NCBI GenBank assembly: GCA_963708025.1
Contig: CAVPSB010000019.1
Span: 224,001 to 288,000 of the forward strand
Direction: 5' to 3'
Length of the DNA: 64,000 nucleotides
DNA from: an uncultured Candidatus Rokubacteria bacterium
Lineage (GTDB): Bacteria; Methylomirabilota; Methylomirabilia; Rokubacteriales; DASRDR01
The notes beneath the pieces are model-generated. The model did no database searches and was not told the origin of the DNA. It saw nothing but the letters and a program-made list of their open reading frames with translations. Shown here piece after piece: positions 10,681-20,395 of this stretch (positions are counted from its first letter, which is position 1; the number at the start of each line of letters is the position of its first letter). The translations under genes and the position numbers were made by a program.

Positions 10681-11451
10681 GTGAGCGCGCCGGTCCGCTC
10701 CCTCATCGTCAACGCCGACGACTTCGGCCTCACCGCCGGCGTCAGCCGTGGCATTCTCGAGGCCCACCGGCGCGGGATCGTCACCAGCACGACGGCGCTC
10801 GCCAGCCTGCCGCCCCGGCCCGACCTGGACGCCGAGGCCGTCGGCCTCTCGACCCTGGGCCTCGGGCTCCACGTCAACCTGAGCTGGGGGACGCCGGTCT
10901 CGCCGCCGGCTACCGTCGCCTCGCTGCTCGACGAGGAAGGCCGCCTCTCCCGTGACCTGGCGCGACTCGACGCGCGGGCCGAGCCCGACCAGGTGCGCCG
11001 GGAAGTGGAGGCCCAGATCGAGGCGTTCGCCCGGCGCTTCGGCCGTCCGCCCACGCACCTGGACAGTCACCACCACGTCCACCGGCTGGCCCGGGTGGCC
11101 GAGACCGTACTCGACGTCGCGCTGGCGGCCCGGCTCCCGCTCCGCAGCCAGGATCCGGGATTCCGGGACGGGCTCCGGCGGCGTGGCGCGCGGACCGCCG
11201 ACCACTTCCTCGGCGGCGACGGCGCCGAGCCCTACTGGACGGCGGAGCGCCTCCTGGACTCCCTGGCCGGGCTCCCCGGCGGCGTCACCGAGCTGATGTG
11301 CCATCCCGGCTACTTCGACGACGCCCTCGCCTACAGCCGGTACGGCAAGCAGCGCGAGACCGAGCTGGCGGCGCTCTGCGATGCGGAGGCCCGGGCGACG
11401 GTCGAGCGGCTCAGCATCCGGCTCGCGCACTTCGGGACGCTGTTCCCCTGA
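10681..11451 (+). CDS. ChbG/HpnK (YdjC) family deacetylase
   Basis: LIVNADDFG, GLHVNL, HLDSHHHVH and ELMCHPG motifs. Confidence 0.93.
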   Translation: MSAPVRSLIVNADDFGLTAGVSRGILEAHRRGIVTSTTALASLPPRPDLDAEAVGLSTLGLGLHVNLSWGTPVSPPATVASLLDEEGRLSRDLARLDARAEPDQVRREVEAQIEAFARRFGRPPTHLDSHHHVHRLARVAETVLDVALAARLPLRSQDPGFRDGLRRRGARTADHFLGGDGAEPYWTAERLLDSLAGLPGGVTELMCHPGYFDDALAYSRYGKQRETELAALCDAEARATVERLSIRLAHFGTLFP

Positions 11452-11453
11452 CG

Positions 11454-11975
11454 ATGCCTCCGGATCTGCGCTCCCACCGCGAGCTGGCCGTCGCTGCCGT
11501 CATGGTCGGGCTGGGGATCGTGGTGATCCTCCTGGCCGGCCGGATCGACCCCGGCGTCCAGACCGATCCCCTGGGTCCCCGTTTCTTTCCGCTGATTCTC
11601 GGCGCGGCGATCGGGCTCTGCGGACTGCTGCTGGCGGTGACGACCCTCGCGCCCGGCCGATTCACCACGGCCACGCCCGTGTTCGTCGAGAGCGCGGAGG
11701 ACGACGAGTCGGCGGCGTCGGGGGTGTTCTCGCCGGGCCGGCTCGTGGCGGCGGTCGTGCTCACCGCCCTGTATCTCGCGGCGTTCGAGCGACTGGGCTA
11801 CCTGCTCGCCACGCCCCTCTACGTGGCGGCGCTGCTGCTCGTGTACGGGGGCGTCTCGCGGCGCGCGCTCCTGACCTCGCCGGTCCTGCTCGCCGTGGCG
11901 TTCTACGCCGCGTTCCGGTTCGGCCTGCTCATCCCGGTGCCGGACGGGATCCTGGACGGCGTGCTGCCATGGTGA
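11454..11975 (+). CDS. tctB: Tripartite tricarboxylate transporter TctB
   Basis: Four TM helices, LGPRFFP motif, directly upstream of tctA. Confidence 0.85.
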   Translation: MPPDLRSHRELAVAAVMVGLGIVVILLAGRIDPGVQTDPLGPRFFPLILGAAIGLCGLLLAVTTLAPGRFTTATPVFVESAEDDESAASGVFSPGRLVAAVVLTALYLAAFERLGYLLATPLYVAALLLVYGGVSRRALLTSPVLLAVAFYAAFRFGLLIPVPDGILDGVLPW

Positions 11976-11982
11976 GCCGCCC

Positions 11983-13503
11983 GTGACCGTGCTGGCCGGC
12001 CTGGCCGCCGGGTTCGCGAGCGCGGTGGAGGGTCCGCGCCTGCTCCTGATGGTGGTGGGGGTGGCCTGGGGCGTCATCGGCGGCGCCATCCCGGGGATCA
12101 GCGGCGCCGTCGCGATGGCGCTGGCGCTCCCGTTCACCTTCGCCATGGACCCCGCGACCGCCCTCTGCATGCTGGCGGGGGTCTGGGCCGGCGCCAACTA
12201 CGGCGGCTCCATCCCCGCCATCCTCATGCGGATTCCCGGCACCCCGGCCTCGGCGGCGTGCCTGATGGACGGCTACGAGCTGACGCGGCAGGGGAAGGCG
12301 GCCAAGGCGCTCGGGGTCTCGCTGGTCTGTGGCACCATCGGCGGCCTGGCCAGCATCGTCGTGCTCATCGCGCTGGTGCTGCCGCTGGGCGAGCTGGTGC
12401 TCCACTTCCAGTCGCCCGAGACCTTCGCCCTGGCCATCTTCGCCCTCACCCTGCTGGCCGGACTCGCCGAGGCGAGCGTCCTCAAGGGGCTGGCCTCGGG
12501 GTTCTTCGGGCTGCTCCTCACGACGGTGGGCCTCGACACCCTGACCGGGTCGCTGCGCTTCACGTTCGGGCGGCCCGAAATGCTGACCGGCATCGACGTG
12601 GTGGCGGCGATGGTCGGCCTCTTCGCCGTGACCGAGATGTTCCACCGGATTGCCCACCCGGAAGGGGTGCCGGAGGTGGTGGCGGACCGCGCGCACACCG
12701 CCTTCCCGACCCTCGCCGAGCTGCGGGAGCTGTGGCCGGCCACGCTGATCGGCACCATCGTCGGGCTGATCGTCGGCGTCATGCCGGGCGCGGGCGCGAC
12801 CGCCTCCTCCTTCGTGGCCTACAACGAGGCGCGGCGCTGGTCGAAGCGACCGGAGCTGTTCGGCAAGGGCTCCATGGAGGGGGTGGCCGCGCCGGAGACC
12901 GCCAACAACGCCGTGCAGGGCGGGGACCTGGTGCCGACGCTGGCCCTCGGCATCCCGGGCTCGAACTCGGCCGCGATCATGCTGGCCGCCCTCATCCTTC
13001 ACGGCATCCAGCCGGGCCCGTTCCTGCTCTCCAAGCACGGCTCGCTCGTCTACACGCTCTTCGCCGGGCTGCTCATCGTCAACCTGCTCATGATCCCGGT
13101 CGGTCTGGTGATCCTGCGGCTCTGCCTCCTCGCCCTGCGCCTTTCGCCGCCGGTGCTGGTGGCGGCGGTCCTCGGCCTGTGCTTCATCGGCGCCTACGCC
13201 GCCGAGCTGCACATCGTCAACCCCTGGACCGCGCTCGCCTTCGGCGTGCTCGGCTACGGGATGCGACTCTACGGCTTCTCGGCGGCGGCGATGGTGCTCG
13301 GCATGGTGCTGGGCGTCATGGCGGAGAGCGAGCTGCGCCGGTCGCTCATCATCTCCCACGGCAGCTGGACGATCTTCATGACGCGCCCCATCACCGCCGG
13401 GCTCCTCGTGCTGACCCTCGGCGTCCTGGTCTACCCCCTCGTTCTCGGCGCCATCCGGCGCCGGCGCTCAAGGAGGCAAACGCAATGGGCAAGCGTCCGC
13501 TGA
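11983..13503 (+). CDS. tctA: Tripartite tricarboxylate transporter permease TctA
   Basis: [27 protein letters not shown] and PTLALGIPG motifs. Confidence 0.95.
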   Translation: MTVLAGLAAGFASAVEGPRLLLMVVGVAWGVIGGAIPGISGAVAMALALPFTFAMDPATALCMLAGVWAGANYGGSIPAILMRIPGTPASAACLMDGYELTRQGKAAKALGVSLVCGTIGGLASIVVLIALVLPLGELVLHFQSPETFALAIFALTLLAGLAEASVLKGLASGFFGLLLTTVGLDTLTGSLRFTFGRPEMLTGIDVVAAMVGLFAVTEMFHRIAHPEGVPEVVADRAHTAFPTLAELRELWPATLIGTIVGLIVGVMPGAGATASSFVAYNEARRWSKRPELFGKGSMEGVAAPETANNAVQGGDLVPTLALGIPGSNSAAIMLAALILHGIQPGPFLLSKHGSLVYTLFAGLLIVNLLMIPVGLVILRLCLLALRLSPPVLVAAVLGLCFIGAYAAELHIVNPWTALAFGVLGYGMRLYGFSAAAMVLGMVLGVMAESELRRSLIISHGSWTIFMTRPITAGLLVLTLGVLVYPLVLGAIRRRRSRRQTQWASVR

Positions 13504-14471
13504 CCCTCGCCATCCTGGCCGCCCTCATGCTGGCCGCCCTCGCGGCTGGACCGTGGTCGGCCCCGGCCCAGACGCGCGACTTCCCGACCCGTCCGATCAC
13601 CTTCATCGTCGGTTTCGCCCCGGGCGGCGGGGCCGACGTCTTCGCGCGCGCGCTGGCCGAGGCGGCCAAGACGGTCCTCCCGCAGGCGATCGCCGTGGAG
13701 AATCGCCCCGGCGCCGGGGGGACGGCGGCCAACGCCTACGCCGCCTCCCGGCCGGCCGACGGGCACACCATCCTCTTCGCCCACGCCGGCTCCTCGATCA
13801 TCACCCCGATCATCACCAACCAGCCGACCCTCAAGTGGGATGCCTTCGAGCCGGTGGCTCGGATCCACGCCGAGGAGGAGTGGCTCTTCGGCCATCCCGA
13901 CGGTCCCTGGAAGACGATCGACGAGGTCGTCGCCTACGCCAAGGCGAACCCGAAGAAGGTCCGGGTCGCGGGCTCGGCCATCGGCGGCATCGACAGCTTC
14001 GTGGTGCTGTCGTGGGAGCAGGCGGCCGGGATCGACGTCGAGTACATCCCGCACGAGGGGGGCGGCCCGGCCACCCTGACGTTCCTCGGGAAGAACGCCG
14101 AGCTGCTGGTCGGCAACGTCTCGGAGGCCTTCCAGCACGTGGAGGCGAAGAAGATGGTGCCGCTCGCGGTGGCCAGCGAGAAGCGCAGCCCGATCTTCCC
14201 GGACGTCCCGACGCTGAAGGAGAAGGGCGCCGACGTGGTGATGGTGCAGTGGCGGAGCGTGCTGGCGCCCAAGGGCACCCCGGCGCCGCGCGTCGCGTTC
14301 CTGGCCGAGAGCTTCCAGAAGGCGCTCGGGGCCGATTCGTGGAAGACCTTCAACCGGAACGCCAAGGCGGTGGACGCGTTCCTGGGGCCGGCGGAGTTCC
14401 GTCAGTTCCTGGCGAGCGAGGAGGCGCGCTTCAGCAAGATCATCGACCAGCTCGGCCTCCGCAAGAAGTAG
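13485..14471 (+). CDS. tctC: Tripartite tricarboxylate transporter substrate-binding protein (Bug/TctC)
   Basis: AAGGAGG RBS, signal peptide, FAPGGGADVFAR, VENRPGAGG, PDVPTLKE. Confidence 0.93.
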   Translation: MGKRPLTLAILAALMLAALAAGPWSAPAQTRDFPTRPITFIVGFAPGGGADVFARALAEAAKTVLPQAIAVENRPGAGGTAANAYAASRPADGHTILFAHAGSSIITPIITNQPTLKWDAFEPVARIHAEEEWLFGHPDGPWKTIDEVVAYAKANPKKVRVAGSAIGGIDSFVVLSWEQAAGIDVEYIPHEGGGPATLTFLGKNAELLVGNVSEAFQHVEAKKMVPLAVASEKRSPIFPDVPTLKEKGADVVMVQWRSVLAPKGTPAPRVAFLAESFQKALGADSWKTFNRNAKAVDAFLGPAEFRQFLASEEARFSKIIDQLGLRKK

Positions 14472-14480
14472 ATGGCAGCA

Positions 14481-14636
14481 TGTCGGAGTATCGAGGAGTC
14501 TGCGGCCGGCCGGGCTCGGTGAGGGAGCATCCTTCGAGCGCCCACCCACGCGGAGGCGCTGCGCGCCTCTGGCGCGGGTACCCGGCCGGCGCAACCGAGG
14601 GGGGCATCGGGGGGGTGTTCCGACACCCCCCCGAAG
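14481..14636. repeat. Intergenic repeat family A, copy 2
   Basis: Aligns by eye with 3648-3800. Confidence 0.88.
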
Positions 14637-14643
14637 ATCCTAG

Positions 14644-15549
14644 ATGGCCGATCTCCAGCCGGGCCAGCTCGGCTTCGCCGCCTCGTCGGGGCCGGTGGAG
14701 CGGTACTTCCCGCTCGCCCGCCGCCACGGGCTGTCGTGGCTCGAGTTCTCGTGCCAGAACCCGGTGAACTTCCCCCAGACCTTCGACCGGGCCCGCATCC
14801 GCCGGGTCCGCGGGCTCGTCGAGGGCTCCGGGATCCGCTGCGGCCTCCACTCGGCCTCGTTCGTCAACACGGCGGAGATCATGCCGACCGTGCGGAAAGC
14901 CGCCGAGCAGCACCTGCGCGAGTACGTCGACCTGACAGCCGCCCTGGGCTGCGAGTACCTGGTGGTCCACTGCGGCTTCCACTTCAGCGTCTACCTGGAC
15001 CGGGTGCGGGCCGCGCTCTACGAGACCATGGCCCGCTGCGTCGACCACGCCGGACGGCGCGGGATCCCGGTGGTCATCGAGAACATGAACCGGCTGCCGG
15101 GAGATTCCGAGTTCCAGTACCTGGGGGTGACGGTCGAGGAGTACCGCGACCTCTTCCGGCGCATCCGCTCGCCCTACCTCGGTCTCGGCCTGGACGTGGC
15201 GCACTGCGAGCTGCTGCCGGGCGGCACCCTGCCGTTCGTCCGGGCGTTCGGGGACCGCATCCATTCCGTCCAGCTCTCGGACAACCGCGGGCGCGTCGAC
15301 GAGCACATGGCGATCGGGGAGGGGACGATCGATTTCCACCGGGTCCTGGGCGCGCTCCGGCGGATGGACTTCACCGGTCCGCTGATCATCGAGCTGTTCG
15401 ACGTGCCGAAGAAGCTGCTGAGCCTTCGCCGGCTGCGGGCGCTGCTGAGAGGGGACGGCCGGCGGTCGCCGGTCGGGCGAGGAAGCCGGCGGCGGCCACG
15501 AGCGTCCGCCGGACCGGGTCGGGAGCGACGCCGAGCCGCTCGCGCCTGA
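14644..15549 (+). CDS. Sugar phosphate isomerase/epimerase (xylose isomerase-like TIM barrel)
   Basis: VVIENM, LDVAH, LSDNRG..DEHMAIGEGTIDF and LIIE motifs. Confidence 0.88.
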   Translation: MADLQPGQLGFAASSGPVERYFPLARRHGLSWLEFSCQNPVNFPQTFDRARIRRVRGLVEGSGIRCGLHSASFVNTAEIMPTVRKAAEQHLREYVDLTAALGCEYLVVHCGFHFSVYLDRVRAALYETMARCVDHAGRRGIPVVIENMNRLPGDSEFQYLGVTVEEYRDLFRRIRSPYLGLGLDVAHCELLPGGTLPFVRAFGDRIHSVQLSDNRGRVDEHMAIGEGTIDFHRVLGALRRMDFTGPLIIELFDVPKKLLSLRRLRALLRGDGRRSPVGRGSRRRPRASAGPGRERRRAARA

Positions 15550-15679
15550 AGCCCGACCGTCGGAGCGCCGGCGGGATCGTCCGCGTTCGCCGGCAGGCGA
15601 GGTCCGCCGGGACGGCCACACGCGGACACGCGCCCCCGCCTGACCCTCGGCCCCCGCGGCTGTGAGACAATGGGCCGGG

Positions 15680-18577
15680 ATGAGTCGAGCCGCGGTCGTC
15701 AACGGCAAGGCGGGGAGCGACCTCGAGCGCGAGCTGCGGAAGGTAGTCGAGGGCGAGGTCCGCTTCGACGACTACTCGCGCCTCCTCTACTCGACCGACG
15801 CCTCGATGTACCAGGTCGAGCCGATCGGGGTGGTGGTGCCGCGGAGCGCCGCCGACGTCCACGCCGTCCTGGAGCTGGCCAACCGTTACAACGTTCCCGT
15901 CCTGCCGCGCGGCGGCGGAACGAGCCTGGCCGGCCAGACCGTCAACCACGCCATCGTCCTCGACTTCTCCCCGCACATGAACCGGGTGCTGGAGGTCAAC
16001 CGCGAGGAGCTGTGGTGCCGGGTCCAGCCCGGCGTGATCCAGGACGAGCTGAACGCCCACGTCCGCCCGCTGGGCCTCCTCTTCGGGCCCGACACCTCGA
16101 CCTCGAATCGGGCCACCATCGGCGGCATGTGCGGGAACAACTCGGCCGGCTCGCACTCCATCGCCTACGGCAAGACGCTCGACCACGTGCTGGAGCTCCG
16201 GTGCCTCCTGGCCGACGGCTCCGAGGTCGTGCTCCGCGACCTCTCCGCCGGCGAGCTGGAGGCCCGGTCCCGGGCCGACGGCCTCGAGGGCCAGGTCTAC
16301 CGGGAGGTCCAGCGGCTGGTGGGCCAGCACGCCGGCGAGATCCGCGCCCGCTACCCGACGATCATGCGCCGGGTGTCCGGCTACAACCTCGACGAGTTCG
16401 TGAAGCGGCAGCCGTTCGGGCTCCACCGCCTGGCCGTCGGCTCGGAGGGGACGCTGGTCGTCGTCGTCGAGATGAAGATGCGGCTGGTCCCCCGGCCGAA
16501 GCACACGGCGCTGGACGTCGTCCACTACGCCACGCTCGAGGAGGCCCTGGAGTCCTCGCCGGACCTCCTGACCACCGGGCCCTACGCGGTGGAGCTGACC
16601 GACAAGCTGATCCTGGACCTGGCGAGACAGAACATAGAGCAGCGCCAGCGGATGGGCTTCGTCCAGGGCGACCCGGCGGCGATCATGCTGGTGGAGTACG
16701 CGGGGGAGAGCGAGGCGGAGGTCCGGGCCAAGGTCGAGGCCCTGGAGAGCCTGCGGGCTCGCCGGCGGATCGGCTACGCCGCCCACCAGGCGTTCGACCC
16801 GGCCGAGCAGCAGTCGATCTGGAAGCTCCGCAAGGCGGGGCTCGGCCTGCTGCTGGGGATGAAGGGCGAGAAGAAGGCCATCGCCTTCGTCGAGGACACC
16901 GCGGTGGACCCGGCGAAGCTCCCCGAGTTCATCGCGCGCTTCCGGGCGATCCTGGGCCGCCACGACGCGGCCGCCGGCTACTACGGGCATTGCTCGGTGG
17001 GATGCCTCCACATCCGCCCGCTGATCAACCTGAAGGACGCGGCCGAGATCCGCAAGATGCAGCGGATCGCCGAGGAGATCACCGCCCTGGTCCTCGAGTT
17101 CGGCGGGGCGCTCTCCGGCGAGCACGGGGACGGCCGGGCCCGGAGCCCGTTCAACGAGACGCTCTACGGCCCGCGGCTCTACGACGCCTTCCGCCAGGTC
17201 AAGCGCGCCTTCGACCCGAAGGGCCTGCTCAACCCCGGCAACATCGTCGACGCCCCGCCGATGACCGAGTCGCTCCGGTACGGCCCGACCTACCGGACCT
17301 GGGAGCCCGACACGCTGCTGGACTTCTCGGCCCAGGGCGGCTTCGCGGCCGCCGTCGAGATGTGCAACGGGATCGGCGTCTGCCGGAAGAAGCTCGAGGG
17401 CACCATGTGCCCCTCGTACATGGCCACGCTCGACGAGGAGCACTCGACGCGCGGCCGGGCCAACGCCCTCCGGGCGGTGCTGTCGGGCCGGGCGCCGGCC
17501 GCCGACTTCACGGGCCGGCGGCTCTACGAGGTGCTGGACCTGTGCCTGGAGTGCAAGGCCTGCAAGGCCGAGTGCCCGGCCAACGTCGACATGGCGAAGC
17601 TCAAGTACGAGTTCCTCGCCCACTACTACCGGGCCAACGGCCTGCCGCTCCGGAACCGCCTGTTCGGCCAGATTCATCGCCTCGCGCGCTGGGGCTCGGC
17701 GCTGGCACCCCTGTCGAACTGGCTGGCGCGCTCGGCGCCGAACCGCTGGCTTCTCCAGCGCCTGGCCGGTATCGATTCGCGGCGGCCGCTGCCGGCCTTC
17801 GCGGGGACGCCGTTCACGATCTGGTTCGCTCGTCACCGGCCGGAGGGGACGGGGGAGCGGGGCGCCGTCGTCCTCTTCCACGACACCTTCAACACCTACC
17901 AGACCCCGGAGGTGGCCATCGCGGCGACGCGGGTCCTGGAGGCGGCGGGCTACCGCGTGGTCCTGCCGGAGCGGCGCTGCTGCGGGCGCCCGATGATCTC
18001 GAAGGGGATGCTGGGGGAGGCCCGCGCGCTGGCCGCCTACAACGTCGCGCAACTGGCGGGGCACGCGCGCCAGGGCTTGCCGATCGTCGGCCTCGAGCCC
18101 TCCTGCCTGCTGACGCTCCGGGACGAGTACGTGGACCTGCTCCGCACCGACGACGCGCGGCTGGTGGCGCGGCAGAGCCTCCTGCTCGACGAGTTCCTCC
18201 AGCGCGAGACGGCGGCCGGGCGGCCGCTGCCGTTCGCGGCGGGGAGCGGCCGGACGGCGCTGCTCCACGGCCACTGTCACCAGAAGGCGCTGGTCGGCAA
18301 CGGCCCCACCGTGGCCGTGCTGAAGGCCGCCGGCTACCAGGTCAGCGAGGTGGACGCCGGGTGCTGCGGGATGGCCGGGTCGTTCGGGTTCGAGGCCGAG
18401 CACTACGAGCTGTCACTCGCCATCGCCGGGCGGCGGCTCGTCCCCGCCGTGAAGGCGGCCGCGCCCGACGTCGCCGTTTGCGCCCCGGGCATCTCCTGCC
18501 GCCAGCAGATCGAGCACACGACCGGCCGCCACGCGCAGCACCCGGCGGAGCTCCTTGCCGAGGCCCTCGCCCGCTGA
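15680..18577 (+). CDS. FAD-binding / Fe-S / CCG-domain 2-hydroxyacid oxidoreductase (YdiJ/GlcD-F fusion type)
   Basis: PRGGGTSLAGQ, SGEHGDG, CLECKACKAECP and CCG motifs. Confidence 0.93.
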   Translation: MSRAAVVNGKAGSDLERELRKVVEGEVRFDDYSRLLYSTDASMYQVEPIGVVVPRSAADVHAVLELANRYNVPVLPRGGGTSLAGQTVNHAIVLDFSPHMNRVLEVNREELWCRVQPGVIQDELNAHVRPLGLLFGPDTSTSNRATIGGMCGNNSAGSHSIAYGKTLDHVLELRCLLADGSEVVLRDLSAGELEARSRADGLEGQVYREVQRLVGQHAGEIRARYPTIMRRVSGYNLDEFVKRQPFGLHRLAVGSEGTLVVVVEMKMRLVPRPKHTALDVVHYATLEEALESSPDLLTTGPYAVELTDKLILDLARQNIEQRQRMGFVQGDPAAIMLVEYAGESEAEVRAKVEALESLRARRRIGYAAHQAFDPAEQQSIWKLRKAGLGLLLGMKGEKKAIAFVEDTAVDPAKLPEFIARFRAILGRHDAAAGYYGHCSVGCLHIRPLINLKDAAEIRKMQRIAEEITALVLEFGGALSGEHGDGRARSPFNETLYGPRLYDAFRQVKRAFDPKGLLNPGNIVDAPPMTESLRYGPTYRTWEPDTLLDFSAQGGFAAAVEMCNGIGVCRKKLEGTMCPSYMATLDEEHSTRGRANALRAVLSGRAPAADFTGRRLYEVLDLCLECKACKAECPANVDMAKLKYEFLAHYYRANGLPLRNRLFGQIHRLARWGSALAPLSNWLARSAPNRWLLQRLAGIDSRRPLPAFAGTPFTIWFARHRPEGTGERGAVVLFHDTFNTYQTPEVAIAATRVLEAAGYRVVLPERRCCGRPMISKGMLGEARALAAYNVAQLAGHARQGLPIVGLEPSCLLTLRDEYVDLLRTDDARLVARQSLLLDEFLQRETAAGRPLPFAAGSGRTALLHGHCHQKALVGNGPTVAVLKAAGYQVSEVDAGCCGMAGSFGFEAEHYELSLAIAGRRLVPAVKAAAPDVAVCAPGISCRQQIEHTTGRHAQHPAELLAEALAR

Positions 18578-18590
18578 TCCGGTCGCCGGC

Positions 18591-18630
18591 CCCCTCACCC
18601 TGACCCTCTCCCCCGAGGCGGGGAAGAGGG
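18591..18630. repeat. REP-like hairpin family D (CCCTCACCC..CCCTCTCCC...GAGGG)
   Basis: Second copy in the opposite orientation at 41538-41580. Confidence 0.75.
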
Positions 18631-18639
18631 AAGCGAGCG

Positions 18640-19374
18640 ATGACCTGGATCCTCGGCCTCGCCGGCCTGCTGACCGGCGGCTTCGTCAAGGGCGCCATCG
18701 GCTTCGGCTTCCCGGCCGTCGCGACGCCCCTCCTCGCGCTGGCCACCGACGTCCGCACCGCGATCGTCGTCCTGCTGGTCCCGAACATCGTCATGGACGG
18801 GATCCAGGTCGTCCGCCGTCCGGGCGCCCTCGTCGCGGCGCGCCGGCACGCCCCGCTCATCCTGGCGGGCGTGGTGGGGACCGTCATCGGCACCCAGTTC
18901 CTGGCGTGGGTCTCGCCGCGCGGGCTGCTGGCCAGCCTCGGGAGCGTGATCCTCGTGCTGGTGGTCGTCTCGCTGGCCCGGCCGGCCTGGCAGCTCCCGC
19001 CCGGGTGGGAGCTGCCGGTGGCGCCGCTGGTGGGGCTGGCCGCGGGCGTGCTCGGCGGGCTCACCAACGTGCCGGGCCCGCCGATCCCGCTCTACTACCA
19101 GGCGCTCCGGCTGTCCAAGACCGAGTTCGTCCGCGCCGTGGCCCTGACGCTCCTCGTGCTCAAGATCGCCCAGCTCGGCGCGGTGTGGCAGGTGGGCTTG
19201 ATGGAGTCGCGTCTGCTGGCGCCGTGCCTCGGCGCGACGGTGATCGCGCTCGGGGCCTTCCGGCTGGGGCTGTGGGTCCAGGACCGGGTGCCGGCCGCGG
19301 CCTTCAACCGGGCGGTGCTGCTCTTCCTCGGCGCCGTCAGCATCGCCATGCTCCTGCGCGCGCTCCGGGGCTGA
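18640..19374 (+). CDS. Sulfite exporter TauE/SafE family protein
   Basis: GGFVKGAIGFG and GVLGGLTNVPGPP; about 8 TM helices. Confidence 0.9.
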   Translation: MTWILGLAGLLTGGFVKGAIGFGFPAVATPLLALATDVRTAIVVLLVPNIVMDGIQVVRRPGALVAARRHAPLILAGVVGTVIGTQFLAWVSPRGLLASLGSVILVLVVVSLARPAWQLPPGWELPVAPLVGLAAGVLGGLTNVPGPPIPLYYQALRLSKTEFVRAVALTLLVLKIAQLGAVWQVGLMESRLLAPCLGATVIALGAFRLGLWVQDRVPAAAFNRAVLLFLGAVSIAMLLRALRG

Positions 19375-19406
19375 CGGGGATTGGATCTGCCGGATCACGG
19401 TGCAGA

Positions 19407-19446
19407 TTGACATCTCCAGGCATACGCAATAGCATCAGGCGTATGC
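19407..19446 (+). promoter_or_regulatory. sigma70 promoter and palindromic operator of vapBC (probably leaderless mRNA)
   Basis: TTGACA(19407)-N17-TAGCAT(19430); inverted repeat GCATACGC...GCGTATGC spans the -10 and the ATG, which lies 7 nt after the -10. Confidence 0.75.
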
Positions 19447-19646
19447 GCACAACGCTCGACATTCCCGAGTCGCTCATCGAGGAAGCCCGCCGTCTGCTCG
19501 GCTTCAAGTCAAAGACGGACACCATAGTCTTCTCCCTGCAGGAGCTCGTCCGCAGGAAACGCATCGAGGCGCTCAAGGAGTCCATGGGCTCGGTCCGCCT
19601 CGAGCTGAATCTTCCCGAATCCCGCCGCCGACCGCGTCGTAGGTGA
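19443..19646 (+). CDS. vapB: VapB-type antitoxin (MRTTLDI / DUF2191-like)
   Basis: MRTTLDIPESLIEEARRLLGFKSKTDTI; stop overlaps the vapC start. Confidence 0.88.
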   Translation: MRTTLDIPESLIEEARRLLGFKSKTDTIVFSLQELVRRKRIEALKESMGSVRLELNLPESRRRPRRR

Positions 19647-20032
19647 CCCTGGTCGACACGTCGGTCTGGATCAGGGCCTTCCGTGCCGGCGGAAGTCCCG
19701 AAGCCGTGCACCTCCGCTCGCTGCTCGACGCAGACGACGTGGTGCTTGCCGCGCCCGTTCGAATGGAGATCCTCCTGGGCGCGTCGTCACGGGACCGTAT
19801 TCGGCTGCGTCGTCTCCTCTCCGCTCTTCCGTACTGGGTCCCGACGGAATCGACGTGGGGACTCGTGGACTCGTGGCTCGACCCGGTGGCCACGGCCGGA
19901 GAGCGATTCGGCGTCACGGATCTGCTGATCGGCGCGCTCGCTGCCGAGCGCACCGCCACGCTCTGGTCCCTGGATCGCGACTTCGAGCGCATGGCCCGGC
20001 TCGATCTCATCAGGCTTCATCGCGTCACCTGA
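19643..20032 (+). CDS. vapC: PIN-domain VapC toxin
   Basis: LVDTSVWI, E, DLLI and LWSLDRDF acidic PIN residues. Confidence 0.92.
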   Translation: MTLVDTSVWIRAFRAGGSPEAVHLRSLLDADDVVLAAPVRMEILLGASSRDRIRLRRLLSALPYWVPTESTWGLVDSWLDPVATAGERFGVTDLLIGALAAERTATLWSLDRDFERMARLDLIRLHRVT

Positions 20033-20116
20033 CGAGCGCGTCGCGAGAGGCAATGTCGTGCCGGGCGGATCGGGGATTGCCGGGCGTGCGCCGGGGGCGC
20101 TAAGATGGGCATCGCG

Positions 20117-20386
20117 ATGGATTCCCTATCCGACATCTACTGGGAGCTGCAGGGTGCCGAGGATCCGGTCGGCCTCGAGGAGTTCGTCGGCCGGGCGGCT
20201 GGTGGCGCCTACGGGCCCGTCACCAAGGCCGAGCTGTGCGACTTCCTCCACGAGGTCGAGGCGCGCCTCGTCCACCAGATCGAGCGGGGAGAGGGCGGCG
20301 CTCACGACGAGGCGGCGCGCGACGAGCTGATCGACGAGACCCACGGCTGGATCGAGGACCTGATCACCCGGTTCTGCGAGGAATAG
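20117..20386 (+). CDS. Small acidic helical hypothetical protein
   Basis: Coding-like ORF after a TAAGAT -10 element; start at 20105 or 20117. Confidence 0.7.
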   Translation: MDSLSDIYWELQGAEDPVGLEEFVGRAAGGAYGPVTKAELCDFLHEVEARLVHQIERGEGGAHDEAARDELIDETHGWIEDLITRFCEE

Positions 20387-20395
20387 GGGGCCGAC

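Noticed and set aside
327-18603. Many long antisense or alternate-frame ORFs (e.g. 327-2351, 15386-18403, 15670-18603)
   Set aside because: These are shadow ORFs typical of very high GC DNA; they have no motifs and overlap well-supported genes.
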